Source of the DNA: an uncultured virus (IMG/VR IMGVR_UViG_3300000115_000013)
Taxonomy: Duplodnaviria; Heunggongvirae; Uroviricota; Caudoviricetes
Virus record (IMG/VR): IMGVR_UViG_3300000115_000013
Coordinates: 54,076 to 74,075 of that record
Reading direction: 5' to 3' (one strand)
DNA: 20,000 nucleotides
The position numbers were made by a program, and so were the translations under genes. The notes beneath the pieces are model-generated. The model was not told the DNA's origin, made no database searches, and saw nothing but the letters and a program-made list of their open reading frames with translations. This document shows, in pieces, positions 16,984-20,000 of the stretch; the first letter of the stretch is position 1, and each line of letters opens with the position of its first letter.

Positions 16984-17315
16984 TATAATGCCTCTTTCAA
17001 TAAGCTAAGGGTAACAGTAAATCCGTCAGTTTTTGCACTAGTAGTCTTGACTTTAATTGCGTCACCATCTTGAATATAGATTTTATTATCTTTTGCTACA
17101 TCAACTACTTCATCTCCCATAACTTTAAGATTATGAGCAATATGTGTAACAGTGGCATCTGCATGAACTAGTTCAACTGTAATTGGTAATGCACTTCCAT
17201 ATACATTAGCTATATAACAACTGTGTATAAAATGTGAACCAGAACCAACTGTCACTAGTGTTGTTCCTGAACCTGCTATTGTAGCAGTTTTGAATGTTTC
17301 CATTGCTTGTGCCAA
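16983..17315 (-). CDS. Hypothetical small beta-sandwich virion-cluster protein (110 aa)
   Basis: TTG start 7 nt after AAGGA (alternative ATG 17303); TFK...IANV...GDAIKV...VTLSLL pattern typical of small phage tail-region proteins. Confidence 0.7.
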   Translation of the reverse strand: MAQAMETFKTATIAGSGTTLVTVGSGSHFIHSCYIANVYGSALPITVELVHADATVTHIAHNLKVMGDEVVDVAKDNKIYIQDGDAIKVKTTSAKTDGFTVTLSLLKEAL

Positions 17316-17336
17316 GTTAATTTCCTTACTTTAATA

Positions 17337-17343
17337 TATTTAT
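17337..17343 (-). promoter_or_regulatory. ATAAATA late-promoter-like motif
   Basis: GATAAATA in the 32-nt gap upstream of AAGGA and TTG 17315. Confidence 0.6.
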
Positions 17344-17347
17344 CCAT

Positions 17348-20000
17348 TTATAGATTTAAAAGTTGGAATAAACTGTTACCACCGCCGCCGCCACTCACTG
17401 TTCCTGGTACCCATTCAGTTGTATTTCCATCATATACTAAAACTTGTCCATTTGTTGGAGGGGTTGTTGCTGTGTCGACGTCACTAAGTTCATTAATACT
17501 AGATACATTAATTTTAGCTAATGTTCTAGCGTCTGTGAAGTAAAGGTTAGTTGAACCTTCGCTTAGTGCGTCAGTGTCGTGGTTTGAAATATCTGATACA
17601 GTACCAGTTATGTTACCCGTCACATTACCGTGTACCCTTGATACATTTAGTTCTTTGTTTAAGTTCCAACGGTCATCTGTATTAGTATATGTAAGTGTAG
17701 CACTTGCACCGTCAACTGTTAACCCAGCGCCATTGGCAGCCGCGGCACTTGCCGATCCTTTTGCTACTGTGATATTAAGATCATCTACATCAAGTGTTGT
17801 GCTGTTAATTGTTGTAGTTGTTCCGTCAACTTGTAAGTCTCCTGCTATTACAACTTTACCTGTGTTATCTCCAACACCTGCTGGGTCAATAACAAAATTA
17901 GCAGGACCAGCTAAGTATCCACTAATCACTGCATTACCAGTAATATTAATATTACCAGTTCCAGTGATATCTTTGGAATTAAGATCTAAATCACCACCCA
18001 GTTGTGGTGTTATGTCTTCTACAACTTCATTAATAGATACTGCTTGTACTCTTGCATCTGTGTAATATAAGTTAGTAGCGCCTTCTGATAAGTCATCGGT
18101 TGATTTATTACCAAAGTCAGTATTAAAATCAGTCGACTTATATGTTGTTACGCTAAACACCCCTGTTGATTGAGTGTATGTTAAATCACCACTTGCACTT
18201 ACATGAGCTCTAACTTCTGCCGCACTTGGACCAGTATAAGAAATAACACCAGTTGATGAATTATATGATACCGAACCATCACCGCCATTATCTGTTACTG
18301 ATATTGATGCTCTTGCGCTTGCATCAGTGAAATATAAATTCGTTGAACCTTCTGATAAATCGTCAGTGTCTGCACCTGCTAATTTTGTATCGAAGTCTGC
18401 ATTCGCTCTTGCAGACGTATAGTAAAGATTAGTTGTTCCTTCTGATAAATCGTCAGTATCATTAACACTAAGATCAAAACCTCCAGGAGAGCCAATAACT
18501 GTTCCTGTGGCATTAAGCGTTCCTGTCCCTAACTTTATAGTACTTCCACTTAGATATAAATCTTTCCATTTTTTAGTTGAACTACCTATATCTCTTGTTT
18601 CGTCACCATCAGGCAAAAAGTCACCTGATAGTATAATATCTTTATTAAAGTCCCAACTAGTAGTTGCATGTGTGTATGTAATATTAGCGCCTGCACCGTC
18701 AACTGTTAACCCAGCTCCGTTTGCAGCCGCAGAATCTGCGGCTCCTTTAGCCACAGTAATATTAAGATCATCAACGTCTAATGTTGTACTGTTAATTGTT
18801 GTAGTTGTTCCATCAACTTGCAAATCGCCAGCAATTACAACTGTACCAGTGTTGTCTCCAACACCTGCTGGGTCAATAACAAAATTAGCAGGACCAGCCA
18901 AGTATCCATTTACTGTTGCATTACCAGTAATATTAATATTACCAGTTCCAGTGATATCTTTGGAATTAAGATCTAAATCACCACCCAGTTGTGGTGTTGT
19001 GTCTTCTACAACTTCATTAATAGATACTGCTTGTACTCTTGCATCTGTGTAATATAAGTTAGTAGCGCCTTCTGATAAGTCATCGGTTGATTTATTACCA
19101 AAGTCAGTATTAAAATCAGTCGACTTATATGTTGTTACGCTAAACACCCCTGTTGATTGAGTGTATGTTAAATCACCACTTGCACTTACATGAGCTCTAA
19201 CTTCTGCCGCACTTGGACCAGTATAAGAAATAACACCAGTTGATGAATTATATGATACCGAACCATCACCGCCATTATCTGTTACTGATATTGATGCTCT
19301 TGCGCTTGCATCAGTGAAATATAAATTCGTTGAACCTTCTGATAAATCGTCAGTGTCTGCACCTGCTAATTTTGTATCGAAGTCTGCATTCGCTCTTGCA
19401 GACGTATAGTAAAGATTAGTTGTTCCTTCTGATAAATCGTCAGTATCATTAACACTAAGATCAAAACCTCCAGGAGAGCCAATAACTGTTCCTGTGGCAT
19501 TAAGCGTTCCTGTCCCTAACTTTATAGTACTTCCACTTAGATATAAATCTTTCCATTTTTTAGTTGAACTACCTATATCTCTTGTTTCGTCACCATCAGG
19601 CAAAAAGTCACCTGATAGTATAATATCTTTATTAAAGTCCCAACTAGTAGTTGCATGTGTGTATGTAATATTAGCGCCTGCACCGTCAACTGTTAACCCA
19701 GCTCCGTTTGCAGCCGCAGAATCTGCGGCTCCTTTAGCCACAGTAATATTAAGATCATCAACGTCTAATGTTGTACTGTTAATTGTTGTAGTTGTTCCAT
19801 CAACTTGCAAATCGCCAGCAATTACAACTGTACCAGTGTTGTCTCCAACACCTGCTGGGTCAATAACAAAATTAGCAGGACCAGCCAAGTATCCATTTAC
19901 TGTTGCATTACCAGTAATATTAATATTACCAGTTCCAGTGATATCTTTGGAATTAAGATCTAAATCACCACCCAGTTGTGGTGTTGTGTCTTCTACAACT
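17348..20000 (-). CDS. Long tail-fibre-like protein; 5' end beyond the window
   Basis: Frame stays open past the ORF-track start (19888) to the edge (VVEDTTPQLGGDLDLNSKDITG...). Recurrent TDDLSEGxTNLYxTxAR, DTTPQLGGDLD, GDLQVDGTTTTINSTT, DIGSSTKKWKDLYLSG and C-terminal INELSDVD..GQVLVYD..W motifs typical of marine phage fibres. Confidence 0.85.
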   Translation of the reverse strand, partial: VVEDTTPQLGGDLDLNSKDITGTGNINITGNATVNGYLAGPANFVIDPAGVGDNTGTVVIAGDLQVDGTTTTINSTTLDVDDLNITVAKGAADSAAANGAGLTVDGAGANITYTHATTSWDFNKDIILSGDFLPDGDETRDIGSSTKKWKDLYLSGSTIKLGTGTLNATGTVIGSPGGFDLSVNDTDDLSEGTTNLYYTSARANADFDTKLAGADTDDLSEGSTNLYFTDASARASISVTDNGGDGSVSYNSSTGVISYTGPSAAEVRAHVSASGDLTYTQSTGVFSVTTYKSTDFNTDFGNKSTDDLSEGATNLYYTDARVQAVSINEVVEDTTPQLGGDLDLNSKDITGTGNINITGNATVNGYLAGPANFVIDPAGVGDNTGTVVIAGDLQVDGTTTTINSTTLDVDDLNITVAKGAADSAAANGAGLTVDGAGANITYTHATTSWDFNKDIILSGDFLPDGDETRDIGSSTKKWKDLYLSGSTIKLGTGTLNATGTVIGSPGGFDLSVNDTDDLSEGTTNLYYTSARANADFDTKLAGADTDDLSEGSTNLYFTDASARASISVTDNGGDGSVSYNSSTGVISYTGPSAAEVRAHVSASGDLTYTQSTGVFSVTTYKSTDFNTDFGNKSTDDLSEGATNLYYTDARVQAVSINEVVEDITPQLGGDLDLNSKDITGTGNINITGNAVISGYLAGPANFVIDPAGVGDNTGKVVIAGDLQVDGTTTTINSTTLDVDDLNITVAKGSASAAAANGAGLTVDGASATLTYTNTDDRWNLNKELNVSRVHGNVTGNITGTVSDISNHDTDALSEGSTNLYFTDARTLAKINVSSINELSDVDTATTPPTNGQVLVYDGNTTEWVPGTVSGGGGGNSLFQLLNL
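17930..20000. repeat. 987-bp (329-aa) in-frame tandem repeat: 17930-18916, 18917-19903, partial 19904-20000
   Basis: CCACCCAGTTGTGG anchors at 17994, 18981 and 19968 (period 987). Only one mismatch seen by eye, 18012 vs 18999 (EDITPQ vs EDTTPQ). Confidence 0.95.

Noticed and set aside
17307..19052. + strand ORFs 17307-17543, 17574-18065 and 18507-19052, the last two similar to each other
   Set aside because: Antisense to the tail-fibre gene; their similarity only reflects the DNA repeat.
17930..20000. Repeat as a diversity-generating retroelement TR/VR pair or a CRISPR array
   Set aside because: Copies are in-frame tandem units with a single mismatch, not many adenine-specific differences; no reverse transcriptase, spacers or cas genes seen.

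Overview
AT-rich, gene-dense segment most consistent with a large T4-like marine phage (inference; no capsid, terminase or polymerase gene is in the window, and an N at 6350 suggests a metagenomic assembly). Left part (1-9023) is metabolic. It has a 5-aminolevulinate synthase (hemA) running off the left edge and absent from the ORF track, and a + strand hldD-hldE-cupin-hypothetical operon for ADP-heptose supply. A convergent - strand operon encodes a GT9-like heptosyltransferase, a NodU/CmcH carbamoyltransferase, an unannotated 32-aa ORF, a 2OG-Fe(II)-oxygenase-like protein, a SAM methyltransferase and a QueG-like Fe-S protein. Each operon has a near-consensus sigma70 promoter. Right part (9120-20000) is a - strand virion/tail cluster with ATAAATA late-promoter-like motifs: two ~11% Cys paralogues flanking a chaperone-like gene, a 1568-aa multidomain protein with CBM-like repeats and an amicyanin-type Cu motif, two small proteins, and a tail-fibre gene with a near-perfect 987-bp tandem repeat. 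Highlights are the heptose donor + transferase + tailoring-enzyme system, a 16-bp direct repeat bracketing the QueG-like gene whose removal restores both neighbours' stops, and a peptide ORF that fills an intergenic gap exactly. All family calls come from motifs read by eye; no database search was run.
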